From contig CAZINB010000004.1 of assembly GCA_964540565.1 (NCBI GenBank), positions 862 through 64,861 of the forward strand: a stretch of 64,000 bases of DNA, given 5' to 3'. This DNA comes from an uncultured Faecalimonas sp. GTDB taxonomy: Bacteria; Bacillota; Clostridia; Lachnospirales; Lachnospiraceae. A model generated the notes under the pieces. It was not told the DNA's origin and did no database searches. It saw nothing but the letters and a program-made list of their open reading frames with translations. Shown here piece by piece: positions 30,857-40,258 of the stretch. A program made the position numbers and the translations under genes. The number at the start of each line of letters is the position of its first letter. The first letter of the stretch is position 1.

Positions 30857-31546
30857 ATGGAACAATATCACGTATTAGTTGTGGAGGATGACAAAGAGAT
30901 CCGAGACGGCATTGAAATTTATTTGAAAAGTCAAGGATACGAAGTATCCAAAGCAAAAGACGGGATAGAAGGATTGGAAATCATCAGAAAGAAGACCGTG
31001 CATTTGGCTATAGTTGACGTCATGATGCCACGCATGGACGGAATCCGTATGGTGATGGAACTTCGAAAAGACTACGAATTTCCAGTGATCATGCTTTCGG
31101 CAAAATCAGAAGAGGTGGATAAAATCATGGGATTGAATATGGGCGCAGATGATTATGTGACCAAACCATTTCAGCCATTGGAATTATTAGCTCGTGTCAA
31201 TTCACAATTGCGCAGGTACAAAAGATTTCTTCAGGTAACAGGAGACAATATTCACTGTGTAGGCGGTTTAGAAGTAAACGAGGACACGGTGGAAGTAACT
31301 GTGGATGGAGAACCCGTGAAATTGACACCGATGGAATTTAAAATCTTATTATTGTTGATCAAATCTCCAGGGCGTGTGTTTTCCGCAGAGGAAATTTATG
31401 AAAGAGTCTGGGAGGAACAAGCAATCACAACAGATACAGTTATGGTTCATGTAAGACATATTCGAGAAAAAATAGAAATTAATCCAAAAGAACCAAAATA
31501 TTTGAAGGTGGTGTGGGGTGTTGGCTACAAAATTGAAAAAATCTAA
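30857..31546 (+). CDS. OmpR-family response regulator
   Basis: Receiver domain (LAIVDVMMPRMDG) plus winged helix (VWGVGYKI). Confidence 0.9.
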   Translation: MEQYHVLVVEDDKEIRDGIEIYLKSQGYEVSKAKDGIEGLEIIRKKTVHLAIVDVMMPRMDGIRMVMELRKDYEFPVIMLSAKSEEVDKIMGLNMGADDYVTKPFQPLELLARVNSQLRRYKRFLQVTGDNIHCVGGLEVNEDTVEVTVDGEPVKLTPMEFKILLLLIKSPGRVFSAEEIYERVWEEQAITTDTVMVHVRHIREKIEINPKEPKYLKVVWGVGYKIEKI

Positions 31547-33641
31547 CAAGTTATTATATGGAATTGTGATCCTATTGGTAATCATTCCAGCACTTTTGAT
31601 TATACTTATTTATCCAAAAACACGAGAAGAAGTGCAAAAAAAGAAGGCAGAGATGGAGGCAACTGTTTCTGCACAAAGACCAGAAGAACTTTACTATATT
31701 GAACCTGAATTTGTGAATTATGCAATGGAATCCAGCTATTATATTTATTCTCTTATGGCTATGGAAAGAGGAGAAAATGTTTCTCTAGAATTGCTAGACA
31801 AAACAGGATGGGTAAACGATTATAATACGATAGAAATAGCAACAGCGTATCAGGCAGTCATAGATGTTAATGAAGAAACGCAAGTGATGTCAAACGTCAG
31901 TGATTGGGATAATGCAGAAAGTATAGGAACTTTGGAAATTGCTTTTGGCCCATACGGATCTATGCAAAAAATTGATTTTCAATCTACCGAACTAATTTAC
32001 GAGGAGTATGAATATAGGAACCTTTTTGACAGAGCTTATGCAAGTGTAGAACAATATAGATCGAATTTAGATTTTTATAGAGAAAGCTATAATCTAGATG
32101 ATGATTTTGACTTAGGAAATATTCCAAAATCATTTCACATTACCTTCAAGATTGGTAGTGAGTTCCCAATGATTTATGAAATGGATGGACATAATGGCTA
32201 TTATGATCAGTCTGTAGAAGGGGTACTGTATAATACCGGAGCTGTGTGGATTATAGTAGCGTGTTTCGTAGTAGCAGCAATTGTTTATTTGTTTGTTCCA
32301 ACTATTCGTAAATTAAAATGGCCATTAGAAATTCTAGTGTTTGTTGTTGGATTAGGTGTGCTTATGGTCATAGGCATGTATTATGCAATGGCGACAACAA
32401 GTTGGAATACAGAATATGATAGTGTGTTTATCTTAGAATATGAATTTACCCAATCTGTAATCTACACAGGCTTGGTGATTGCACAATTCTTTGGGTGGTG
32501 CAGCTGCTTCTTGGCAGAGTACATTGTGATTGCAAACATACGTGATTTCTTCTTAGGACCAAAAGTTTATATAAGAGAGCGTGTTTTATGTGTGAGAATA
32601 TTCAGATGGATGAAGCGAAAATGTAAAGCGCTCTATTGTTACATTACCAGCATTGATATTTCTGAAAAATTAAATCAAAGTATTATAAAAATAGTTCTTG
32701 CAAACTTTGTGGTGTTAACAATTTTATGCTGCATGTGGGTATTTGGTGTAGCTGGTCTGATTGTATATTCTGTAGCGCTATATGTGCTACTAAGAAAATA
32801 TGGCGAAAAGATAAGAAAACAATACAATAGTATCTTAGAAGCAACAGAACAAATGGCAGAAGGAGATTTGAAAATTTCCTTGGAAGAAGATCTTGGCGTA
32901 TTTCAACCAATCGGCGACTCTTTGAATGAATTGCAAGTTGGATTTGCAAAAGCGGTAGCAGAAGAGGCAAAAAGCCAAAACATGAAAACAGAATTGATTA
33001 CCAATGTTTCTCATGATCTAAAAACTCCGCTTACAGCAATCATTACTTATGTGGATTTGCTGAAAAAAGAAGACATTACAGAAGAAGAAAGAAAATCTTA
33101 TATCAATACGTTGGATGTCAAATCCCAAAGACTAAAAGCACTTATTGAAGATTTGTTTGAAGTGAGCAAGGCACAATCAGGTAATGTGAAAATGAATTGT
33201 ACAGAAATTGATGTGGTAAGTCTGATCAAACAAGTACGTTCCGAAATGAGTGATCGTATAGATGCAAGTTCACTTCAGTTTAAATGGAATTTACCTGAAG
33301 AAAAAGTGGTTTTATCATTAGATGGACAAAGAACGTATCGCATTTTTGAAAATCTGATTCAAAATATTTTAAAATATGCAATGCCATATTCTCGTGTGTA
33401 TATTGATTTGTCGAAAGAGGATGAAAAAACAGAAATCGTATTTCGGAATATTTCAGCAGAAGAAATTCAGTTTGATGCAGAACATTTGACAGAACGTTTT
33501 GTAAGAGGAGAATCTTCTAGAAGCTCTGAAGGAAGTGGACTTGGTCTTGCAATCGCAAAAAGTTTCACAGAATTGCAGGGTGGAATTTTTAAAATCGAAG
33601 TGGATGGCGATTTATTCAAAGTTCGACTAATATGGAATTGA
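31518..33641 (+). CDS. Sensor histidine kinase with a large N-terminal sensor (extracytoplasmic domain plus multi-TM bundle)
   Basis: GTG start overlaps the RR stop. H-box ITNVSHDLKTPL; HATPase motifs (ENLIQNILKYA, GSGLGLAIAKS). About 200 aa lie outside between TM1 and TM2, followed by at least 4 more TM segments. Confidence 0.8.
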   Translation: MLATKLKKSNKLLYGIVILLVIIPALLIILIYPKTREEVQKKKAEMEATVSAQRPEELYYIEPEFVNYAMESSYYIYSLMAMERGENVSLELLDKTGWVNDYNTIEIATAYQAVIDVNEETQVMSNVSDWDNAESIGTLEIAFGPYGSMQKIDFQSTELIYEEYEYRNLFDRAYASVEQYRSNLDFYRESYNLDDDFDLGNIPKSFHITFKIGSEFPMIYEMDGHNGYYDQSVEGVLYNTGAVWIIVACFVVAAIVYLFVPTIRKLKWPLEILVFVVGLGVLMVIGMYYAMATTSWNTEYDSVFILEYEFTQSVIYTGLVIAQFFGWCSCFLAEYIVIANIRDFFLGPKVYIRERVLCVRIFRWMKRKCKALYCYITSIDISEKLNQSIIKIVLANFVVLTILCCMWVFGVAGLIVYSVALYVLLRKYGEKIRKQYNSILEATEQMAEGDLKISLEEDLGVFQPIGDSLNELQVGFAKAVAEEAKSQNMKTELITNVSHDLKTPLTAIITYVDLLKKEDITEEERKSYINTLDVKSQRLKALIEDLFEVSKAQSGNVKMNCTEIDVVSLIKQVRSEMSDRIDASSLQFKWNLPEEKVVLSLDGQRTYRIFENLIQNILKYAMPYSRVYIDLSKEDEKTEIVFRNISAEEIQFDAEHLTERFVRGESSRSSEGSGLGLAIAKSFTELQGGIFKIEVDGDLFKVRLIWN

Positions 33642-33646
33642 TAATG

Positions 33647-33680
33647 AAGTCTGGAAGTTTATCCAGACTTTCATTGTTTT
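33647..33680 (+). terminator. Rho-independent terminator
   Basis: AAGTCTGGA...TCCAGACTT followed by a T-rich tract. Confidence 0.65.
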
Positions 33681-33718
33681 GCAAAAACTTACAAAAAACA
33701 ACGTTAAAACAAGCGAGT

Positions 33719-33773
33719 TGTCGAAATATTGTACACATCATTTGTTGCAAGACAAAAAATGGCATTTTATAAT
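33719..33773 (+). promoter_or_regulatory. 0A-box plus sigma-A-type promoter upstream of spo0A
   Basis: TGTCGAA (33719-33725) matches the Spo0A-box consensus. TTGCAA (33745)-17 nt-TATAAT (33768). Confidence 0.5.
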
Positions 33774-33818
33774 GAAAATGGGAAAGCAATTAGTGAAAGT
33801 CGTTACATGGAGGGGAAA

Positions 33819-34607
33819 ATGGCGCAGATAAATATCGCGATTGCAGATGATAATGAGAGAGTGTTGGAAGTTCTAGAAGATGTTTTATGTGCAGATAAAG
33901 AAGTAAATCTTGTAGGGAAAGCGACAGATGGTGTCGATATGTATGAAATTATTAAACAAAAGCAACCGGATGTTGTGTTATTAGATTTGATCATGCCTAA
34001 AATGGATGGATTAGGCGTAATGGATAAAGTGCACCAGGACAAGAAACTAGAAAAGAAACCATATTTCATTATTGTAACAGCAGTTGGGCAAGAGCGAGTT
34101 ACGGAAGATGCCTTTCGCAAGGGAGCAAGTTACTATGTGATGAAACCGTTTCGTAATGAAGCGATTATGGAACAAATCCAAAATATCAAACAGGAAGTAC
34201 AAAAAGAAACAAAGAAAACAGCTTATGCAACATACAGTCAAGAAACACAGGAAGAAGATTTGGAAAGCATAGTAACAGATATGATTCATGAGATAGGAAT
34301 TCCAGCGCACATAAAAGGATACCATTATTTACGAGATGCTATTTTAATGGCAATTGATGATATGGATGTGTTAAATGCGATTACGAAGATTTTATATCCC
34401 ACAGTCGCAAAAAAACATCAGACAACTTCGAGTCGTGTGGAGAGAGCAATTCGCCATGCGATCGAAGTTGCTTGGAACAGAGGGAAGGTAGAGTTATTAG
34501 ATAGTCTATTTGGGTATACGATTAGCAATGGAAAAGGGAAACCTACAAATTCGGAATTCATTGCATTGGTGGCAGACACAATCCGTTTGGAACGGAAAAT
34601 GCGATAA
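33819..34607 (+). CDS. spo0A: Sporulation master regulator Spo0A
   Basis: Receiver domain ([20 protein letters not shown]) and the diagnostic Spo0A C-terminal domain ([16 protein letters not shown]...[20 protein letters not shown]). GGAGGGG RBS before ATG 33819. Confidence 0.95.
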   Translation: MAQINIAIADDNERVLEVLEDVLCADKEVNLVGKATDGVDMYEIIKQKQPDVVLLDLIMPKMDGLGVMDKVHQDKKLEKKPYFIIVTAVGQERVTEDAFRKGASYYVMKPFRNEAIMEQIQNIKQEVQKETKKTAYATYSQETQEEDLESIVTDMIHEIGIPAHIKGYHYLRDAILMAIDDMDVLNAITKILYPTVAKKHQTTSSRVERAIRHAIEVAWNRGKVELLDSLFGYTISNGKGKPTNSEFIALVADTIRLERKMR

Positions 34608-34610
34608 ACC

Positions 34611-34639
34611 TTGACCGTCACAAAATGAGTCGGTATAAT
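34611..34639 (+). promoter_or_regulatory. Sigma-A-type promoter upstream of glgA
   Basis: TTGACC-17 nt-TATAAT. Confidence 0.6.
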
Positions 34640-34677
34640 AAAGGTAGAGTTTTTGTTATAAAGCGGAGGAAAAACGT

Positions 34678-36117
34678 ATGAAAAAATTATTGTTTGCTGC
34701 ATCAGAATCGGTACCATTTATAAAAACAGGAGGTCTTGCAGATGTTGTAGGATCATTACCTAAGAATTTTAATAAAGATGAATTTGATGTACGTGTGATT
34801 TTACCAAAATATGCATGTATGAAACAAGAATGGAAAGAAAAATTAGAATATGTAACACATTTTTACATGGATTTTAATTGGAGAGACCGTTATGTTGGAA
34901 TTCTTAAATTAGAATTAGATGGAGTTACATTCTACTTTGTGGACAATGAAGAGTATTTTAATGGACCTAAGCCATACAGCGGAGATATGATTTGGGATAT
35001 TGAAAAATTTGCATATTTCTCAAAAGCAGTTTTAAGTGCACTCCCACAATTGGATTTTAGACCAGATATTATTCACTGTCATGACTGGCAGACTGGATTG
35101 ATTCCGGTTTATCTTGATAATTTCCGTTTTGGAGCAGAATATTATCGAGGTATTAAAACAGTAATGACAATTCACAACTTGAAGTTCCAAGGTGTTTGGG
35201 GAACGGAAGATGTAAGACAGATTACAGGACTTCCAGAATATTACTTTGTACCAGATAAAATGGAAGCATATAAAGATGCAAACCTTTTAAAAGGTGGTAT
35301 CGTTTATGCGGATAAAGTTACAACAGTAAGTAACACATACGCAGAAGAAATCAAACAGCCATTTTACGGAGAACATTTAGACGGATTAATGAATGCAAGA
35401 AGCAATTGTCTCTGTGGTATTGTGAATGGTATTGATTATGATGAATATAATCCTGAGACAGATATGTGGTTAGAAAATAAATTCTCAGTTGAAAACTTTA
35501 GAAAAGAAAAAGTAAAAAATAAAGTTGCATTACAAGAAGAATTAGGTTTAGAAAAAGATCCTAAGAAGATGATGATCGGTATTGTATCACGTCTTACAGA
35601 TCAAAAAGGATTTGACTTGATCGCACATGTGTTAGATGAATTATGCCAAGACGAAATTCAATTAGTAGTACTTGGTACTGGAGACGAAAAATATGAAAAT
35701 ATGTTCCGTCATTTTGCATGGAAATATCCAAACAAAGTGTCTGCGAATATTTATTATTCAGATCCAATGTCACACAAGATTTATGGTTCATGTGATGCAT
35801 TCTTGATGCCATCTCTATTTGAACCATGTGGACTTAGCCAATTAATGAGCCTTCGTTTCGGAACATTACCAATCGTTCGTGAAACAGGTGGATTAAAGGA
35901 TACAGTAGAACCATACAATGAATATGAAAAAACTGGAACAGGATTTAGCTTTACAAATTATAATGCACACGAAATGATGAATACAGTTCGTTATGCAGAA
36001 CAAATCTATTACGATAAAAAACGTGATTGGAATAAACTTGTAGAGCGCGCTATGGAAAAAGATTTTTCATGGAAGAATTCTGCAAAACAATACGAAGATT
36101 TATATAACAACTTATAG
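34678..36117 (+). CDS. glgA: Glycogen synthase (ADP-glucose type)
   Basis: N-terminal ASESVPFIKTGGLADVVGSLP (KTGGL motif) and the GT5 C-terminal region (PSLFEPCGLSQL). Confidence 0.95.
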   Translation: MKKLLFAASESVPFIKTGGLADVVGSLPKNFNKDEFDVRVILPKYACMKQEWKEKLEYVTHFYMDFNWRDRYVGILKLELDGVTFYFVDNEEYFNGPKPYSGDMIWDIEKFAYFSKAVLSALPQLDFRPDIIHCHDWQTGLIPVYLDNFRFGAEYYRGIKTVMTIHNLKFQGVWGTEDVRQITGLPEYYFVPDKMEAYKDANLLKGGIVYADKVTTVSNTYAEEIKQPFYGEHLDGLMNARSNCLCGIVNGIDYDEYNPETDMWLENKFSVENFRKEKVKNKVALQEELGLEKDPKKMMIGIVSRLTDQKGFDLIAHVLDELCQDEIQLVVLGTGDEKYENMFRHFAWKYPNKVSANIYYSDPMSHKIYGSCDAFLMPSLFEPCGLSQLMSLRFGTLPIVRETGGLKDTVEPYNEYEKTGTGFSFTNYNAHEMMNTVRYAEQIYYDKKRDWNKLVERAMEKDFSWKNSAKQYEDLYNNL

Positions 36118-36126
36118 GGGTACGAC

Positions 36127-36993
36127 ATGAAGATTAGAGAAAAATTATTGGAAGATAAAGTACATATTTCTTTTGAGGTGTTTCCTTCAAAGACAGAAGC
36201 AGGATTTGAAAAAGTAATCCATGCAGTTGATGAGATTGCAGAGCTAAAGCCATCTTTTGTCAGTGTTACATATGGTGCAGGCGGTGGAACAAGCAAGAAT
36301 ACCGTTAAGATTGCATCTTATATTCAAAATGATTTGGGAGTGGATAGTATTGCTCACCTTACATGTGCTTCTTCAACGAAAGAAGAAGTGAAGCATGTAA
36401 TCGAAGAAATGAAAGAAAGTGGAATTCAGAATATTTTAGCATTACGTGGAGATATTCCGAAAGCTGCTTCATTTCCAAACGAAAGACAATATAAGTACGC
36501 ACAAGAATTAATTGAAGATATTAAGTCATACGGAGATTTTTGTATTGGGGCAGCATGTTATCCAGAAGGACATGTGGAAAGTAATACGAAGACAGAAGAT
36601 ATTGCACACTTAAAAGAAAAAGTAGATAGTGGAGTTGACTTTTTAACGACACAGATGTTTTTCGATAATAATATTCTCTATAATTTCTTATATCGTATTC
36701 GTGAAAAAGGAATTACAGTACCAGTGCTTCCAGGTATTATGCCTGTTACGAATGAAAAGCAGATTGCAAGAATCTGTCAGTTGTCAGGCACGATTTTACC
36801 AGAAAGATTTCGTGCATTGGTAGATCGATTTGGCGGAAATCCAGCAGCAATGCAACAAGCTGGCGTTGCATATGCTACCGATCAGATTATAGATCTGATT
36901 GCAAATGGCATTCAGAACATTCATGTTTATTCCATGAATAAACCAGAAGTCGCTGCGGCAATTATGAGAAACTTATCGGAAATAATTAAATAA
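36127..36993 (+). CDS. metF: Methylenetetrahydrofolate reductase
   Basis: MTHFR pattern (SFEVFPSKT, VSVTYGAGGGT, ALRGD, TQMFFD). Starts 9 nt after the glgA stop. Confidence 0.9.
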   Translation: MKIREKLLEDKVHISFEVFPSKTEAGFEKVIHAVDEIAELKPSFVSVTYGAGGGTSKNTVKIASYIQNDLGVDSIAHLTCASSTKEEVKHVIEEMKESGIQNILALRGDIPKAASFPNERQYKYAQELIEDIKSYGDFCIGAACYPEGHVESNTKTEDIAHLKEKVDSGVDFLTTQMFFDNNILYNFLYRIREKGITVPVLPGIMPVTNEKQIARICQLSGTILPERFRALVDRFGGNPAAMQQAGVAYATDQIIDLIANGIQNIHVYSMNKPEVAAAIMRNLSEIIK

Positions 36994-37004
36994 AGAGGAT
37001 ATCA

Positions 37005-37649
37005 ATGAATACACGAACAAAAGAAGCGGTTCGTTATTTAGGATATGGAAGAAACGCGATAGACGAGCGTACATTAGGTCTTGTACAAGAATGCTTTGCA
37101 GAATTGGATGAGATTGTGGATGTACGTTTTGTCTATCGCATTTTTGAATTATTTCATAAAGATAATGAAACGTTAGAGATTGAACAAAGAACCATACAAA
37201 GTAAACATTTGAGCAAAAATCTAAAGGGATGCGACAAAGTGATTACGTTAGCAATCACACTTGGAAGTAATGTAGATCGCGAGATGCGAAAACATGAAGT
37301 TTGTCATATGTCAAAAGCAGTAGTATTTCAGGCGTGTGCTGCAGCTTATTTGGAAGAGGTGTGTGACCAAACACAACATCAGATTTTGCTACAGATGGAG
37401 AAAGAAGGGTTGTATGGACGACCAAGATTTAGTCCGGGCTATGGTGATTTTTCCATTTTTCATCAAAAAGATGTATTGGAATTAACAAATGCAGCGAAAA
37501 TAATTGGATTAAGTATGACAGATGGCTATATGCTGACTCCTACAAAGTCGGTGACTGCTTTGATTGGTTTGAGCCGTAAGAAGGAACCTTGTCATCAAAA
37601 AGGCTGTGAGGCTTGTCAAAAGATAGATTGTATATATAGGAGAAACTGA
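37005..37649 (+). CDS. Methionine synthase activation (AdoMet-binding) domain protein, stand-alone
   Basis: 214 aa with an RFSPGYGD motif typical of the MetH reactivation module. Encoded directly upstream of a metH that lacks this module. Confidence 0.8.
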   Translation: MNTRTKEAVRYLGYGRNAIDERTLGLVQECFAELDEIVDVRFVYRIFELFHKDNETLEIEQRTIQSKHLSKNLKGCDKVITLAITLGSNVDREMRKHEVCHMSKAVVFQACAAAYLEEVCDQTQHQILLQMEKEGLYGRPRFSPGYGDFSIFHQKDVLELTNAAKIIGLSMTDGYMLTPTKSVTALIGLSRKKEPCHQKGCEACQKIDCIYRRN

Positions 37650-37651
37650 AA

Positions 37652-40036
37652 ATGGTATTAGACAAATTAGGAAAAGAACTCCTTATTTTAGATGGAGGAA
37701 TGGGAACATTATTACAGCAAGAAGGTCTGCTTGCTGGTGAATTGCCAGAAAATTGGAATATGGAAAAGCCAGAGGTGATTCGAAAAATTCACCAAGCTTA
37801 TTTTGAGGCGGGAAGTGATATTGTTCTTACCAACACCTTTGGGGCAAACTGCAAGAAATATTACGACCAACCATATACTATTGAAGAAGTCGTTTTTGCG
37901 GCAGTTGAAAATGTGAAAATGGCAGCGCAGGCAGCTGGAAAGAAAGAATATGCGATTGGATTAGATATGGGTCCAACTGGAAAATTGTTGAAACCAATGG
38001 GAGACTTAGCTTTTGAAGATGCATATGAAGCCTATAAAGAATTGGTAGAGTGTGGCGTGAAAGCAGGAGCTGATTTGATTCATATTGAAACAATGAGTGA
38101 TACTTATGAAGTAAAAGCGGCAGTGCTGGCAGCAAAAGAAAATGCAAAACTTCCTGTGTTCGTTACATTGATTTTTGATGAACGAGGAAAACTTTTGACA
38201 GGTGGAGATGTACCTTCTGTTATAGCAATGTTGGAAGGACTTCGTGTAGATGCGCTAGGAATGAATTGTGGGTTGGGACCAGATCAAATGGCACCGATTT
38301 TGGAAGAGGTTGCCAAGTATACTTCGCTTCCAATCATTGTAAAACCAAATGCAGGTTTACCAAAACAAAAAGATGGGGAAACTTATTATGATGTAAAACC
38401 AAAAGCATTTGCGAATTCGTTGGCAAAATTAGTAGATGCAGGTGCTTGTGTGATTGGTGGTTGTTGTGGAACTACACCAGAACATATCAAAGAGATGGTT
38501 AAGGTGTGTTGTGATAAGAAGATGATTCTTCCACAAAAAAAAGAGAGAACTATGATTTCTTCTTATGGGCAGGCAGTTTGCTTATCGGATGGGCCAGTGA
38601 TTATTGGAGAACGAATCAATCCAACAGGAAAAAGCAAATTAAAACAAGCATTGAAAGAGCATAACTTAGATTACATTTTGAAAGAAGCAATTGTTCAGCA
38701 GGAGCAAGGGGCACATGTTTTGGATGTGAATGTAGGATTACCAGATATTGATGAAGCAGCTATGATGTGCGATGTGGTTAGGGAAGTGCAAAGTGTAGTA
38801 AATACACCACTTCAAATTGATACAGTGGATCCACAGGCGTTAGAAGCAGCTATGCGTATCTATAATGGAAAACCGATGGTGAATTCCGTTAGTGGGAAGC
38901 AGGAATCTATGGATGTAGTCTTCCCATTAGTTGCAAAATATGGTGGTGTTGTAGTAGGTCTGACTTTAGATGAAGCTGGCATTCCAAAGACAGCGGAAGG
39001 GCGTGTGACCATTGCAAAACGAATTATAGCTGAGGCAGAAAAATATGGAATTGATAAAAAAGATATTGTGATAGATGTGCTTGCTATGACAATCAGTTCT
39101 GAACCAGATGGGGCAAAGGTAACATTAGAAGCTCTGAAGAGAGTGAAAGAGGAATGTGGTGTAGGAACAGTACTTGGCGTTTCCAACATTTCTTTTGGAT
39201 TGCCAAATCGTCCAATCATCAATGCGAATTTTTATACAATGGCATTGCAACAAGGGTTGGATGCGGGAATCATCAATCCATCTTCAGAAGCGATGATGAA
39301 GTCTTATCATTCCTATCGAGCACTAATGGGATATGATACCAATTGTCAAACTTATATTGCAAAATATACACCGACGCAAGAAACAGGAAATGTGACTGTA
39401 ACAGAACAGAAAATGGATCTGAAGGCTGCAATCGAAAAGGGGCTGAAAGAGGAAGCGAAAGAAACAACAGGAAAATTGCTTCAAACAGAACAACCACTAG
39501 AAATTATCAAAACATACTTAATTCCTGCATTAGATGAAGTGGGAAAAGGATTTGAACAAGGAACTGTCTTCTTACCACAACTTCTTATGAGTGCGGAAGC
39601 GGCAAAGGAAGCTTTTGAAATAATCAAGGAAAATATGGGAAGTGATGAAGCAAGTGCTGTTCGAAAAGAAAAAGTAGTGATTGCAACGGTAAAAGGTGAT
39701 ATTCATGATATTGGAAAGAATATCGTGAAGGTGTTACTGGAAAACTATAGTTTTGAAGTGCTTGATTTGGGAAAAGATGTACCACCAGAAAAGATTGTAG
39801 AAACTGTTTTGCAAGAAAATATCAAATTAGTTGGATTGAGTGCATTGATGACAACGACAGTGGCCAGCATGCAGGAAACCATTGAGCAGTTAAGAGAAAA
39901 AGCGCCTGATTGCAAAGTAATGGTAGGAGGTGCTGTACTCAATCAGGAATATGCAGATTTGATTGGGGCAGATTTCTATGGAAAAGATGCAATGCAAAGT
40001 GTATATTATGCACAGAAGATGTTTGCGGAATCATAA
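37652..40036 (+). CDS. metH: Cobalamin-dependent methionine synthase (Hcy-, folate- and B12-binding modules)
   Basis: Hcy S-methyltransferase N-terminus (LDGGMGT, GGCCGTTP), a pterin-binding module, and the B12 motif GDIHDIGKNIV (DxHxxG). Confidence 0.9.
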   Translation: MVLDKLGKELLILDGGMGTLLQQEGLLAGELPENWNMEKPEVIRKIHQAYFEAGSDIVLTNTFGANCKKYYDQPYTIEEVVFAAVENVKMAAQAAGKKEYAIGLDMGPTGKLLKPMGDLAFEDAYEAYKELVECGVKAGADLIHIETMSDTYEVKAAVLAAKENAKLPVFVTLIFDERGKLLTGGDVPSVIAMLEGLRVDALGMNCGLGPDQMAPILEEVAKYTSLPIIVKPNAGLPKQKDGETYYDVKPKAFANSLAKLVDAGACVIGGCCGTTPEHIKEMVKVCCDKKMILPQKKERTMISSYGQAVCLSDGPVIIGERINPTGKSKLKQALKEHNLDYILKEAIVQQEQGAHVLDVNVGLPDIDEAAMMCDVVREVQSVVNTPLQIDTVDPQALEAAMRIYNGKPMVNSVSGKQESMDVVFPLVAKYGGVVVGLTLDEAGIPKTAEGRVTIAKRIIAEAEKYGIDKKDIVIDVLAMTISSEPDGAKVTLEALKRVKEECGVGTVLGVSNISFGLPNRPIINANFYTMALQQGLDAGIINPSSEAMMKSYHSYRALMGYDTNCQTYIAKYTPTQETGNVTVTEQKMDLKAAIEKGLKEEAKETTGKLLQTEQPLEIIKTYLIPALDEVGKGFEQGTVFLPQLLMSAEAAKEAFEIIKENMGSDEASAVRKEKVVIATVKGDIHDIGKNIVKVLLENYSFEVLDLGKDVPPEKIVETVLQENIKLVGLSALMTTTVASMQETIEQLREKAPDCKVMVGGAVLNQEYADLIGADFYGKDAMQSVYYAQKMFAES

Positions 40037-40096
40037 AAAGTATGGTATCATATTATGCGTGAATTCGTAGTTTAATATCATACAGGGAGGAAAAAG

Positions 40097-40228
40097 ATGG
40101 CATTTATAGGAACATTAATACAGACTCTTATTAAAATGGTAGTTGTAGGCGCTTTTGCGTTTGGCGGAATTCAACTTGGTAGACATTTGCGCAATAAGAA
40201 AACTGACAAGAATGAGAGTAACGCGTAA
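40097..40228 (+). CDS. Small hydrophobic protein (43 aa, one predicted TM), absent from the ORF track
   Basis: ATG 40097 is preceded by GGGAGG. Translation: MAFIGTLIQTLIKMVVVGAFAFGGIQLGRHLRNKKTDKNESNA. Lies between metH and alaS. Coding status is inferred only from the RBS and the TM-plus-basic-tail architecture. Confidence 0.45.
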   Translation: MAFIGTLIQTLIKMVVVGAFAFGGIQLGRHLRNKKTDKNESNA

Positions 40229-40258
40229 ATTATAAAATAGACACTTAGGAGGAAACAC

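Noticed and set aside
40037-40258. T-box leader upstream of alaS
   Set aside because: I could not find the conserved T-box sequence or a terminator/antiterminator pair. The gap is mostly occupied by an RBS-preceded small ORF.
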